From: Microcoleus sp. | GTDB taxonomy: Bacteria; Cyanobacteriota; Cyanobacteriia; Cyanobacteriales; Microcoleaceae | Direction of reading: 5' to 3' | Length of the DNA: 64,000 nucleotides | Assembly: GCA_042408215.1 (NCBI GenBank) | Contig: JAYFMW010000005.1 | Location: 448,001-512,000 of the forward strand | Part shown: positions 10,693 through 22,024 of the stretch, one piece after another | How the letters are laid out: each line of letters begins with the position of its first letter | How positions within the stretch are numbered: position 1 is the first letter of the stretch | The notes under the pieces: generated by a model | The model's database searches: none | Told to the model about the DNA's origin: nothing | What the model saw: only the letters and a program-made list of their open reading frames with translations | Position numbers and translations under genes: made by a program

Positions 10693-13600
10693 TTATGAGT
10701 TTGTTTTTTTCAAGGTTAAAAACTGTTGAATGATGGCAGCCAACTGTTTGAGCTTAACTGGCTTAGTCATGTAATCATTGGCTCCTGCTTCCAAACAACG
10801 ATCGCGATCGCCCGTCATGGCTAAAGCAGTTAGAGCAACGATCGGCACATCGACCAAGATTGGAATACGACGGATTTGCTGCATAGCTTCTATTCCATCC
10901 ATCCCAGGCATTTGAATATCCATCAGAATTAGATTGGGGTTTTCAGACTGAGCTAGAGCGATCGCCTCCCGTCCGTTTTTTGCCAAGAGAATGCGATAGC
11001 CTTTGGCTTTCAGGTAGCTCGAAATGGTACTGATATTGGCTTCGTTATCTTCTGCGAGCAAGATTAAGGGATTGGAAATGGGTAATTGGGAATTGGAAAT
11101 GGGGGATTGGGGATTGGGAATTGGGGATTGGGAATTGGGAATTGGGAATTGGGAAGAGGAGGGCGCACCGGCGGCGCAATACAGGTCGATCGCGAAACAA
11201 CTTCCTACTCCTACTTCGCTGGTGAGCGATACCTGTCCGCCGTGGAGTTCGACAATACGTTTGACTAGGGCAAGCCCCAAGCCGGTGCCTGTATATTCAC
11301 GATTCAGGGCGCTATCAATTTGGATGAAAGGCTGAAATAGTTTGTTGATATCTTCTGGAGCAATGCCAATACCTGTGTCAATTACGGCTATTCGCAGATA
11401 GTTTTGGGGTAAACTATCGGTAGAATAGGGGTCGGTGTGTGGGGGTTGATGGCTAATTTTTAGGGTGATAAGTCCGCCGGCGGGTGTGAATTTGACGGCG
11501 TTGTTGAGCAGGTTGATTAAGACTTGGCGGATGCGCCGTTCATCTATGAATAGGTCGGGCAGATTTGGTGGCTGTTCAATGGTAAGCTGGATGCGTTTTT
11601 GCATGGCTTGTTGTTTGATAAATGCCAGACTGGATTGACAGAGATGATTGACAGAAACTAGGGTGCAATCTAGTATTATTTGACCGGATTCAATTTTGGC
11701 GACATCCAAAATGTCGTTGATTAATTCTAGTAGGTGAGAGCCACTGCGCTGGATGGTTTGTAAGGCTTTGATTTGTGGTTCGTCCAGGATGCCAAAGATG
11801 CCTTCTTGTAGCCCTTCGGTCATGCCTAGAATGGCGTTGAGGGGGGTGCGGAGTTCGTGGCTCATGTTGGCGAGAAATTCGTCTTTGAGGCGGGTGGCGC
11901 GGATGAGTTCTTGGTTGGTTGCGTGCAGTTGGGCTTCGTATTGCTTGCGATCGCTAATATCGCGGCAGACACAAATCAACAGTCCATCTTCTGTGAGTGT
12001 CAGAGATAGCCCTTCGGCAAAAGTAGAACCATCTTTACGGATGGCGATCGCCTCACCTTGCCAAGCCCGATCGCGCTCCAGGATTGGAAAGACTTCCCGC
12101 TCAAACCGTTCCAACTCTTTGGTCGAATACAAGAGTTTCCAAGATTTGCCCAACAGCTCAATGGTTCGACTCCGCTCGATGGTTCGACTCCGCTCACCAA
12201 CCGCCGGGCGATCGTAGCCAAACAGTTCTAAATGGGCTTGATTCACATAGAGGTAGCTGTCTCCTTGGATAATCGCAATGCCGTCGATGGCCGCTTCAAT
12301 GGCCGCTAGTTGTTGTTTTAAGGCTGATTCGGCTCGTTTGAGATCGGTGATATCTGCAAAATAGCCAACAATCTCGATTGGGGTACCTTGTTCATCTCGC
12401 ACTAGGCGCAGTTCATCTCGCATCCAAATGTAGTGACCGTCGTGATGCAAGAAACGATATTCATGCTGATGAGTGTTGTGCTCAAAGAGAGCGGATAGAT
12501 CTGCAAAAACTTTCTGAGCATCTTCTGGGTGAATATGGTTGGCCCAGAATCCGGGGATTGATAAAAATTCTGATGCTTTGTAGCCCAAAATGGCTTCGAT
12601 GTTTTTGCTCATAAAGGTGGCTCCATAGTCGCCATAGGGCTTGCAGCTATAGATCATGGCGGGACTGGAGAAGAGCAGAAATTCGAGGCGTTCTTTTAAT
12701 AGGCGATTTTCTCGCTCTGTCTGTTGGCGATCGGTAATGTCTTGGATGAGGGCGAGTATATAGATCGGTCTATCATCGCTAGATAGGACTGAGGTGGAAA
12801 TGGAGATGGTGCGCTTCTGTCCATCTTGACGCTGGATTTCCCTTTCCTGGGCGTTCTGATTTTCTTGTCCTATGCCTTTCTGCTGGGCGATGGCCTGTTT
12901 TTGAGCCTGTGGATCGGGGTACAAACTTTGATACCAACCCAGGCGGTTGATTTGTTCTAAGGTGTAGCCCGTAATCGCTTGCATTTGCTGATTCCAAATC
13001 GTGAAGCGGATCAAGGGAAATTCTTCAATTTGATGGAAAACGCACAGCCCTTCTGTCATGTTTTCTACAATTTGTTGACGGAAGGTGTTTTCGTGCTGGA
13101 GTGTTGCTTCGGCCAATTTGCGATCGGTAATGTCGAAGCGAATGGCTAGATACTGAAAAGGTCGCCCTTGTTCATCCAGAAAAGGAACGATGGTGCTAGC
13201 AACCCAATAGGGGCTACCGTTTTTGCTGCGGTTGCAAATTTCGCCGCGCCAAACTTGACCGCTCGAAATGGTGCGCCACAGGTTTTGGAAAAAACTGGGG
13301 GGATGGTAGCCAGAGTTGACAATGCGATGGGTTTGACCGATGAGTCGATCGCGGGAGTAGCCGGAGACTACACAGAAGCGATCGTTGACGTAAGTAATCA
13401 CGCCTTTTGGATCGGTGATGACTACAATGGCTGACTGATCTAGGGCTTGTTTAAAGGCTGATAATTCTTGTATTAACTGTTGTCGTTCGAGTTCTGCTTG
13501 TTTGCGATCGCTAATATCAAAGTTGATTCCAATCATGCTCTGGGGATTACCCTGGGCATCTCGCACGACGACTCCATAGGCTTTGATAAAGTGGATGCTG

Positions 13601-16345
13601 CCATCGGGATGTATAACCCGATACTCAGTATCATATTCGGCTTCTCCGTCTAGGGCTTGATGGAGCAATGTTTCGGTATAGGTGCGATCGCCCGGATGGA
13701 GCCCGTTTGCCCAAATGTCGTATACCAGACGGGTATCTGTTTGTTTTGTGACACCATACAGTTCGTACATCCGCTCATCCCAAACGATGAGGTTCTGTAG
13801 GTCCCATTCCCAACAGCCGATCGCCCCTGATTTGAGGGACAAGGCGAGGCGATCGGATAGTTTCTGTAGTTCTGCTTCTGCACGGAGGCGATCGCTGATG
13901 TCTTTCGCGATGCCCAAAAAGCCGATAATTTGCCCCTTGACATCTTTGAGGGCGGTGATGGATAGCGACACGGGAATTCTAATGCCATCTTTGCGGATAT
14001 AAGTCCACTCTGTTTCGCTGATTAGTCCCAGGCGTGCTTTAGCAACAAAAACTTCAAAGCCGGGGGGAATTTCTTGCTTTAGTTCGGCGGAGAGTATGGC
14101 TGCTTGTTCGATTATTTCGTTTGGATCGTGGATGAGTGCAGGGGTGGTTTTACCGATGATTTCTTGAGCATCGTAACCGAGCATCCTTTCGGCTGCGGCA
14201 TTGAAGGTTTGGATGATGCCTGTTGGGTCTGTGGAGATGATGGAGTAGTCGGCACCATTGAGGATGGCGCGTTGCAGGCTATTGACTTGATGAAGCTCTT
14301 GGGTGCGTTCTGCGACTTTGGCTTCTAGTTCTTGGTTGAGTTGCTGGAGTTTTTGTTCGGCTCCTTTGCGATCGCTAATGTCGGTAACTGTTCCTACATA
14401 GCCGACTATTTGCCCTTCTGTGTTGAGTTCGGCAACGCACTGCCCATATACCCAGGTAACAGTACCGTCGGGACGTTGAAAGCGATATTCGATCCCAAAA
14501 GGGCGTTGGTCAAAGCTTTGATTTTCCTCTGCAAGAAGCGCAACGGGTTGCGTTTTTGCAATTTGGATGTATTGCTGCCATTGGGCGATGACCCAATCGG
14601 GATCGTCGGGGTGCATTCCTTGTTGCCATCCTTGTCCGATAATGGCTTCTGGTGTGAGTCCGCCGATCTGACAGTAGCGATCGTTGACATAGGTGCATAG
14701 CCCATTCGCATCGGTGCGGAATATCCCCACGGGTGCAGCGGCGGCAAGGGTGGCGTAGCGTTGTTCGCTTTCGATTAGGGTGGCTTCGATCTCGCTGTCG
14801 CTTTGTTAGTTCATTCTGCAATTTTTGGTGGGTGGTGGCTTGCTCAAGGGCGATCGCCACCTGTAGAGAAACTTGCCGCAGGAGTTCGATTTCGTCTGTA
14901 GTCCAATGGTGCGGCTTTTCTCGATAGCTGGCGAGCATTAACCCCCACAGTTGTTCCTCAATCACGATCGGCACCATCAGCTTGGCGCGAATATCAAACC
15001 CCACTAACATTTCCTGATGGCACAGCGTCATTGCTTCGCCGTAGATGTCATTGACGATGCGAATTCTGCCCTGGCGATAGGGTTCAAGCCATTCTGGGCT
15101 AATGCAAGGGTCCTGGGCTTCGCTGTGGAGCACCGATCGCCCGGTGCCGGTTATGGCTTCGGCGATGACGGTGCCGCTAAAGTCTGGTCGAAATTGGTAA
15201 ATGATGACCCGATCGCATTCCAGAAGCGATCGAATTTCCTGCACTGTAGTATCGAGAATATCGGATAAGTTTAGGGATGAGCGGATCTGCTCGGCTATGG
15301 TGTTCAGCAGTTGCTCTCGATGGGCTTTTGCTTTGAGGATGAGGGTACGCTCTGCTACTTGCTGTTCGAGTTCAACAGTGCGATTTTCCAGCAGGGCGAC
15401 TTTTTCGGCTTCTAGGCGTACTACCTTTTGTTCCAAAACCTCTGCTAGTTTGTATAGTTCGAGGGGGTTGAGGGCTTGCAGCAAACTGGTCTGGGTGACG
15501 ATTCCTAATAGTTCTCCGAGTTCTCCTGTCACGGCTAATCGACGGATCGATCGCTGTTCCATGATCTGCTGTACTGTCCAGAGCGATTCCTCTGGTTTGA
15601 CCTGAAAAATCGGTGTACTCATTACTGCTTCAGCCAGACAGGTTTCCAGGTTCAAGCCCAAGGCTTGAAATTGCACAATATCCCGCTCGGTAACAATCCC
15701 CACTGGTATTTGCAGCGTAAGCGTAGAGATTCCGCCTGGGTGCACAATCATCACGGAACTGACGCGGTGTTCTGCCATAAGTTGGGCGATCGCCAGTAGG
15801 GAAATATCTGGTGCTGCACAAATTACTTCGCGGGTCATCACTTCAGATACCAGTCGCAACCGCAGCAAGTCGATCGGTCTGGAAATTTGCCGCAGACTTT
15901 CGTGAGTCACTAGGCCCACTAGGCGATCGTGCTCGTCCAGGATGGGTAAATGGCGAATGTGGTGCTGTTGGAGCAGGTTAATGGCAAAAAACAAGTCGGT
16001 GAAGGCGGACTCGCCCAGGGTGACGACGGGATGTGCCATCACCTCCCACATCGCCAAACGGTCAAGGGGTTGCTGCTGGGCACTCAGCCGCACCACGTCT
16101 CGCTCGGTGAGTAGGCCTACTACGCGCTCGTTTTCTACTACTAATACGCAGCTTGACCGGGCTTCTAGGTGGTGGTTGTTTTGTTGATTTTCTGCGGTTC
16201 TGCTGGTGTTGCAGTGCGATCGTACGCTACTCATTTGGGCGATCGCTTCGAGCACTGTCGTATCGGGCGAAACCACCAACGGTTTTCGGGCGATCGCAGC
16301 CCTAAGTTGTTCTATTGGGGTGAGAGCCGTAGTACGAATGAACAT
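10693..16345 (-). CDS. Giant CBS-CBS-GAF-multiPAS hybrid histidine kinase, split by a +1 frameshift near 14791
   Basis: ORFs 14510-16345 (CBS pairs, GAF) and 10693-14730 (PAS array, HisKA, HATPase, REC) join when one base is removed: ...ELTKRQ(R/Q)[27 protein letters not shown]. Confidence 0.85.
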
Positions 16346-16353
16346 GAGTTTAT

Positions 16354-16642
16354 CAAAAATACAGAAAGCGAAAAGCCCCGTCCCTTTAGGCGCCGGATGA
16401 AAGCGAATTGGGACTCAAGTCCCCTGCAAATTTTCCCGATGATTTGTGAATATATTAACATCAGCCAACCAAAGTTATGCACGCAACACAAAAAGATGTT
16501 TGGAAACCGACAAAATAACGAGAGTAATTGTTACCAAACTCCTGAATTGGTCAAATAAACTTGACCAATTCGGCACTTACGAAGGTGGTCAAGTTTTTTT
16601 GACTGACGGCGGTGGTTCGAGTTACCCCCAAGCTAGAGGCAT
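16354..16642 (+). mobile_element. Decayed IS200/IS605 left end plus tnpB 5' remnant, cut by the IS607 element
   Basis: TTTAT|CAAAAATA junction, hairpin AAGCCCCGTCCCTTTAGG...GGATGAAAG. Remnant MHATQKDVW...LLNWSNKL..FGTYE is homologous to the N-terminus of TnpB 35140-36369. Confidence 0.75.
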
Positions 16643-16830
16643 ATAGCTGGCAAAAGTATAGTCATTTATAGACATGGGAGGCTTCAAGTCCCTCCCCCTT
16701 CACTTTTACTTTGAGCGGATTAACCCGCCTCGGCTGAACTACGCAGCTCTCTATCAAGAAAGCTGAACGCATTTGGGATTGCTTTTCTGAGAATGTTATA
16801 CGCTGCGTTCACGTCAGAATTAATTAACTG
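16643..16830 (-). ncRNA. Predicted TnpB omegaRNA/reRNA scaffold at the IS607 right end
   Basis: Overlaps the tnpB 3' end and right end; conserved in the mini-element at 38400-38660. Inferred from known TnpB locus architecture. Confidence 0.6.
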
Positions 16831-17931
16831 ACCAGTCGATGTTTTGTACAAACCTCGCTCGATCCGTTTACCAGTGAACACAGGCTCTTTTTCTGTTTTC
16901 CCATAAACAGGCATTGGGTCTAAACCCACAAAACTTGCTCTGGACCTGTAGGATTCTTCCTGCACAATCACTGTGATTCCCACCAAGCGAGCTTTGTATT
17001 CTAACATCTCAATCAATCGAGAGTAAGGAATGCTGACCAAGTTTTGGTTGGTTTGCTTCCCTAGATCAATTTCAGTTTTCCACTGTGCATTCTTGCCAAT
17101 TACTAGCGTCCCAATTTGTTTTGTATTTAAAATGGCAACAATCACAGGACTAGCATGATGCAAGTAATTATCAACTTTCTGATTGCGACAGCGAGTTAAT
17201 CGCTGAATCCTGGGTGAGGTTTGACGGTTCCCTTTTAACTGGGATTGTAATCGGGATTTGCGTTTGTTATAGAACTGGTTAATCGATTTTAATGGTCGCC
17301 CGTTAATCAACAAAGGAATAAATCCCGGTTGATTTGAAGTTAACGCCACTAAATTGTCCAGTCCCAAATCAATACTAGCTACAGAGTTGGCATTGCTGAT
17401 GGTGGACTCCGGTTCATCATAAATCACCTCAATTACATAGGAATCACATTTTGGAACCAGCCTGACTTGGCAAACCTGGTCGGGATTGACTTTGGTTTTA
17501 ATTGAAAGTTCCGTGCCAGAAAGTTTAATGATTCCTTGTTTCAATTGTTGGCTGCTAATCGCTTGAATCGTGTAGACGAGAAGGTTTCGCCCTTTGACCT
17601 GAGCTTTGTACAACGGCCGTTTGGGGCGACCTGTGAACTTAGAATAATCAGCCTTGTAAGCTTTAACTGCTTCAAAAAACGATTTCCAATTCTTGTCTAA
17701 CACCATTAAGATTTGCTGACTTACTTTAGCAGGCAAAGCCTTATATGCTTCGTGAGACTTCATCAATCGGTTGATTTCGTTGTAATTGACATAGCCCCAC
17801 CCATAAATAAAGCTCTGACGAATAACGTAATTGGCGGCATTGTACAGGTTTTTGGACTTGAAAGCTAGTTCGTCAATTTGGGCGAAACGGTGTTCCGTTG
17901 ATTTAATGATGTGTCTCTCTGTTAACTGCAT
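16720..17931 (-). CDS. tnpB: RNA-guided endonuclease TnpB (IS607-associated)
   Basis: SKNLYNAANY N-terminus; RuvC-I SIDLGLDN, LVIGKN...QEESY, RuvC-III INSDVNAAYNI. Confidence 0.93.
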   Translation of the reverse strand: MQLTERHIIKSTEHRFAQIDELAFKSKNLYNAANYVIRQSFIYGWGYVNYNEINRLMKSHEAYKALPAKVSQQILMVLDKNWKSFFEAVKAYKADYSKFTGRPKRPLYKAQVKGRNLLVYTIQAISSQQLKQGIIKLSGTELSIKTKVNPDQVCQVRLVPKCDSYVIEVIYDEPESTISNANSVASIDLGLDNLVALTSNQPGFIPLLINGRPLKSINQFYNKRKSRLQSQLKGNRQTSPRIQRLTRCRNQKVDNYLHHASPVIVAILNTKQIGTLVIGKNAQWKTEIDLGKQTNQNLVSIPYSRLIEMLEYKARLVGITVIVQEESYRSRASFVGLDPMPVYGKTEKEPVFTGKRIERGLYKTSTGQLINSDVNAAYNILRKAIPNAFSFLDRELRSSAEAG

Positions 17932-18521
17932 TCAGAGCCTCCATCTTTTAACTCAGCGATTATTTTTTCCCTCTTTCTGCTAGCGCGACGTTGCCCATAA
18001 AGTCGTGCAGCAAAACTTGTGACTATCGCTACTAAGTCTTGCATTCACTCATCTTTGCCGTTCTCAGCAAGATTAACTATTTCTAGTTTGACTCCTAATC
18101 GAAGAAGCAATACGCTTAAATAATTCGTACCAAATCGAGCCAATCGGTCTTTATGCTCCACTAGCAAAATGTCGTAGTCATCTTGTTGTAGCAGTGTTTC
18201 CAACAGCTTCCTGTGGTCATTCAATCCGCTGCCGATTTCTTTTACATTCCTAATAATTTGATAACCATTGGCAATTGCGTACTCGGTCAACCGCTCTGAT
18301 TGGCGGTTAAGATTTTCTTTATTTTCGGACGAAGAGACTCTACTATAAATAGCGACTCGATTCTTCTTCACTTCGGTGGATGGTGCTTGTGGCACGTAGT
18401 CAACGATGATTAAACCGCTTTCTGTTTGTCGTGCCGGATGTGGTAGTTTATTCGCTTTCCACCACCGCCACGCAGTTGTGTAACTTATGCCTATTGCTTT
18501 GGCGTAGTCAGGTAGTTTCAT
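17922..18521 (-). pseudogene. tnpA: IS607 serine recombinase TnpA with a premature TGA at 18045-18047
   Basis: MerR-like HTH, YSRVSS, EHKDRLARFG. The frame continues past TGA as MQDLVAIVTSFAARLYGQRR to TAA at 17922. Confidence 0.88.
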
Positions 18522-18855
18522 TTTAACCTCCTGACTACATATTACCATCTTTGCTTACTAATGCTTATAAGCTTAATGAATTTTTACAATACTATATTTA
18601 CTTACGGTTCGCTCTTGCATGAAATGAGTTAGGGAAATTGGGCGACTGTCAGGTAACGCTCTTTCATCACTCTCATGAGCGCATAAACAGAGAAAGTGCC
18701 GTCAACCCTTTACTGGAATATGTTTGAGGCCATATCACTCGCTGCGATCGAATTTGCGGTGCCCGCTCGCGTAGTCGAAGGGTTGACGATTACTGTCACA
18801 ATTAGTCACAGTAAGGTGCGCCTCGGCGCACCCTAGGAATAGACTGTCACAATTA

Positions 18856-18955
18856 TAGCCTTTCTCAGTAACAGTGCGGTGTACGCTTGATAAGCGGGCC
18901 TAGGGCCTAGGGCCTAGGGTTATAGGGCATACCTCATCAAGATTGAGAACTGCTA
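18856..18955. mobile_element. 100-bp TA-flanked MITE (TAGC...GCTA ends) with an internal GGCCTAG heptamer run
   Basis: Interrupts the second copy of a local ~50-bp duplication (uninterrupted copy at 18793-18838), with TA duplicated on both sides. Confidence 0.8.
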
Positions 18956-19141
18956 TAGTCTCAGTAAGGTGCGCCCCTAAGCACCCTAGGAAGAGTAAGT
19001 CCCTAGGTCTCCTATTGTCTAGATTGTTAACTGTTAACGGTTAACGGTTAACAGTTAACGGTGAAGGGGTTGCTGCTGGGCACGCGCGCCGCACCACGTC
19101 TCGCTCGGGGAGAAAGACTAGGAAATCCACCGGTAAATCTC

Positions 19142-21238
19142 ATGCTTGGAATCACACTCAGTAGTCGCTACAGCATTATCCGTCATTTGGGAGGCGGCGG
19201 ATTTGCTCAAACTTACCTAGCTGAAGATCAGCAGCTACCAGGAAATCACCTCTGCGTCGTCAAACAACTCAAACCCCAAGCAACTGATCCGGAAACTCTA
19301 CAGGTAGCAAGACGTTTGTTCGATACCGAAGCACAAGTTTTGTACAAGTTGGGAAATCACGATCGCATTCCTCAACTTTTTGCTTACTTTGAAGAAAATC
19401 AAGAGTTTTATCTCGTTCAAGAATTTATAGAAGGTCATGATTTAAGTCAAGAAATTATACCAGTTGCTGCCGCTGCAACTGCGGCCAGTATGAAGGAAGA
19501 TGAAGTCATTATTATCTTGCAGGAAATTCTCGAAATTTTAGACTTCGTACACCAGCAAAATGTCATCCATCGCGATGTCAATCCCCGCAATATAATTCGG
19601 AGAGTTCGAGATGGAAAATTAGTTTTAATTGACTTCGGTGCAGTCAAAGAAATCACGACTCAAATTACCAATCCTCAGCCTAAAAATAGCTTGAGCGTGA
19701 GCATTGGTACTCCCGGTTATATGCCTAGCGAACAAGCTCACGGCAACCCGAAACTTAGCAGCGATATCTATGCCACAGGTACGATCGCAATTCAATGTCT
19801 CACTGGCATATCTCCCCACCAATTACCAAAAGATCCCGACACAGAAGAGATAATTTGGCAGAACAAAGCATCAGTCAGTCCTGAATTTGCTAAGGTTTTA
19901 GATAAAATGGTGCGCTACGATTTTCGGCAGCGTTATGCGAGTGCCGCCGCAGCATTGCAAGCTATTAAAGAATGTAAAACTTCGATCGCCGGTACTATTC
20001 CTGTATTGATTCCTGTTGTTACTCCCAATAAGCCGGCCAAGTCTCGAAGCAAACTGTATTTGAAAATTTCGGCGATCGCCTGTTTAGTTGGTATCAGTAT
20101 TGTCGGTTCTAGTTATGTGATTAATACTCTGAATTCGGCTAATGCAACTGAGCTACATAACCGAGGTAATACTCTTTACAATTTAACTCGATTTGAAGAA
20201 GCTCTGGCAGTTTACGATCGCGCCATTAATCTGAGACCAGATTACGCGGAAGTTTGGCAAGAAAAAGCTAAAACTTTGTATGAACTCAAAAAATACCAAG
20301 AATCGCAATCAGCCTATGACAAAGCAATAGAATTAAAGCCGGAATACCTAGAAGCTTGGACTGGACGTGGTTATGCTTTGGATAAATTGCAGCAGTCTCA
20401 AGGGGCGATCGCCTCTTTTGAACAGGCTTTAAAAATTCAGCCAGACTATCCCGCAGCGTGGCAAGGAAGAGGCGATGCACTGTTAAATTCGCAGCGGTAC
20501 GAAGAAGCGATCGGAGCCTACGAAAAAGCCGTCAAATTTCAGCCAAACTTGTACCAAGCTTGGTACAATCAGGGACAAGCTTACCAGAATTTAAAACAGT
20601 ATGAACAAGCTGTACAATCCTATCAAAAAACAGTCGAAATTAAATCAGATAACCCTGAAGCATGGTATGATTTAGGTAATGTTTTTTTAGAATTGAACAA
20701 AAATCAAGAAGCCTTAGAAGCTTACGAGAAAGCCGTGCGCTTCCAACCAAATTTTTACCAAGGATGGTACAGTAAAGGCATCGCTTTGCTGAGAATGCGG
20801 AGGAATGAAGAATCTGTAGCAGCTTACGAACAAGCTGTTAAATTAAAACCAGACTATTATCAAGCATGGTACAATTTAGGCTGGTCGTACCACGAATTAC
20901 GCAGGTACGAACAAGCAATTGAATGTTACAGCAAAGCCCTTGATTTAAACCCGAAAGAATCTCAAGCTTGGTACAATAGAGGCAATGCACAATATAATTT
21001 GAAGCGGTACGAAGATGCGATCGCCTCTTACAATGAAGCCGTTTATGTCAAGCCAGACCACTGGGAAGCCTGGTACAGTCGCGGTAATGCCCTGGTGGCA
21101 GTAAAAAGATACCAAGATGCGATCGCATCCTATGACAAAGCAATTCGCTACAAACCGGATTACGGAGCGGCAATAGAGGCAAAAAAGCGGGCGGAAAGTC
21201 AGCTAGGAACCAGTCAACCACAGCTCAAACAACAATAG
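19142..21238 (+). CDS. Hanks-type Ser/Thr kinase with TM helix and C-terminal TPR array
   Basis: LGGGGFAQTY, VVKQL, IHRDVNPRN, IDFG, GTPGYMPSEQ; many AWYNxG TPRs. Start placed at ATG 19142. Confidence 0.93.
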   Translation: MLGITLSSRYSIIRHLGGGGFAQTYLAEDQQLPGNHLCVVKQLKPQATDPETLQVARRLFDTEAQVLYKLGNHDRIPQLFAYFEENQEFYLVQEFIEGHDLSQEIIPVAAAATAASMKEDEVIIILQEILEILDFVHQQNVIHRDVNPRNIIRRVRDGKLVLIDFGAVKEITTQITNPQPKNSLSVSIGTPGYMPSEQAHGNPKLSSDIYATGTIAIQCLTGISPHQLPKDPDTEEIIWQNKASVSPEFAKVLDKMVRYDFRQRYASAAAALQAIKECKTSIAGTIPVLIPVVTPNKPAKSRSKLYLKISAIACLVGISIVGSSYVINTLNSANATELHNRGNTLYNLTRFEEALAVYDRAINLRPDYAEVWQEKAKTLYELKKYQESQSAYDKAIELKPEYLEAWTGRGYALDKLQQSQGAIASFEQALKIQPDYPAAWQGRGDALLNSQRYEEAIGAYEKAVKFQPNLYQAWYNQGQAYQNLKQYEQAVQSYQKTVEIKSDNPEAWYDLGNVFLELNKNQEALEAYEKAVRFQPNFYQGWYSKGIALLRMRRNEESVAAYEQAVKLKPDYYQAWYNLGWSYHELRRYEQAIECYSKALDLNPKESQAWYNRGNAQYNLKRYEDAIASYNEAVYVKPDHWEAWYSRGNALVAVKRYQDAIASYDKAIRYKPDYGAAIEAKKRAESQLGTSQPQLKQQ

Positions 21239-21320
21239 TTTTTAACTGAATTTGGTATTATTATTAGTCCCCCTCTGCGGGGACTTTGTTTGTGTAGTAG
21301 CGATTTCAATCGCCGAGTTT

Positions 21321-21429
21321 TATAGCCAAAGTCAGGATTCAGGATTCAGGATTCAGGATTCAGGAGTAGGATGCTTAACTATTAATGGTTTCAGGAATCG
21401 TTAATGTCCTAACACTGGCGATTGCTATA
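21321..21429. mobile_element. TATAGC...GCTATA MITE with (GATTCAG)n
   Basis: Terminal TATAGC/GCTATA; internal CAGGAGTAGGATGCTTAACTATT also occurs at about 27033. Confidence 0.6.
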
Positions 21430-21431
21430 TC

Positions 21432-21477
21432 CAGGACTTACGCAGGCACACTATATAGTGTGCCTGCGTAAGTCCTG
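21432..21477. repeat. Perfect 46-bp palindrome CAGGACTTACGCAGGCACACTAT/ATAGTGTGCCTGCGTAAGTCCTG
   Basis: Checked base by base. The arm AGGACTTACGCA recurs at 27682. Confidence 0.95.
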
Positions 21478-21565
21478 TTTAATTATGCACTACAGAAACT
21501 AAATTCGTCAATAAATTCGTCAATCATTTTGTTATAATCTAGATAGTTCCTAAACGAGGTTATCT

Positions 21566-22021
21566 ATGGAAGGAGATCTGACTGACCACGAAATCCATAA
21601 AATCAAGGTAAGAAGAAAGGGAAGAGATGTAGATTATGGGATTTGGTATGAAATCCGAAATGATGATATGGGTGACATTCTTGCTACCGATGAGGATGGT
21701 CAATTTTGGTTGATAGACGACATTGATTGCCGTCGATACAATTACGCATTTGATGATTACGATTCAGCTTATGAAAGTGCTTTAAAATATGAACAAACAG
21801 AGCAACATCGGTTGACAAAAGAAGCACAACAACAAGTTCTTAAAGAAAAGCGTGAGAAATGGCGCATCAAAGAGTTACAACGTCAAGAATTTCTCAAAAA
21901 TAACCCTTCTTATGCGGATGAAAATAAGCCTCCTTATGTGGATGAAATTGGTCTTGCTTATGCGAATGAAAATGGTCTTTTTTATGTGGATGAATCTGCC
22001 ATAAATTTCACACGCGAATGA
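21566..22021 (+). CDS. Hypothetical protein (island-associated)
   Basis: 151-aa ORF with GAGG RBS; no motif recognised. Confidence 0.6.
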   Translation: MEGDLTDHEIHKIKVRRKGRDVDYGIWYEIRNDDMGDILATDEDGQFWLIDDIDCRRYNYAFDDYDSAYESALKYEQTEQHRLTKEAQQQVLKEKREKWRIKELQRQEFLKNNPSYADENKPPYVDEIGLAYANENGLFYVDESAINFTRE

Positions 22022-22024
22022 AAT

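Larger units (their letters stand above)
16643..18591 (-). mobile_element. IS607-family element (tnpA serine recombinase + tnpB)
   Basis: Ends defined by comparison with the internally deleted copy at 38400-38660 (TATTGTAAAA...CCAGCTAT); contains tnpA and tnpB. Confidence 0.88.

Noticed and set aside
16057..19120. Duplicated segment as a DGR template/variable repeat
   Set aside because: Mismatches are not adenine-specific, include an indel, and no reverse transcriptase is present.
21432..21477. Palindrome as a protelomerase site
   Set aside because: No telomere resolvase nearby, and the arm recurs as a MITE-type end.
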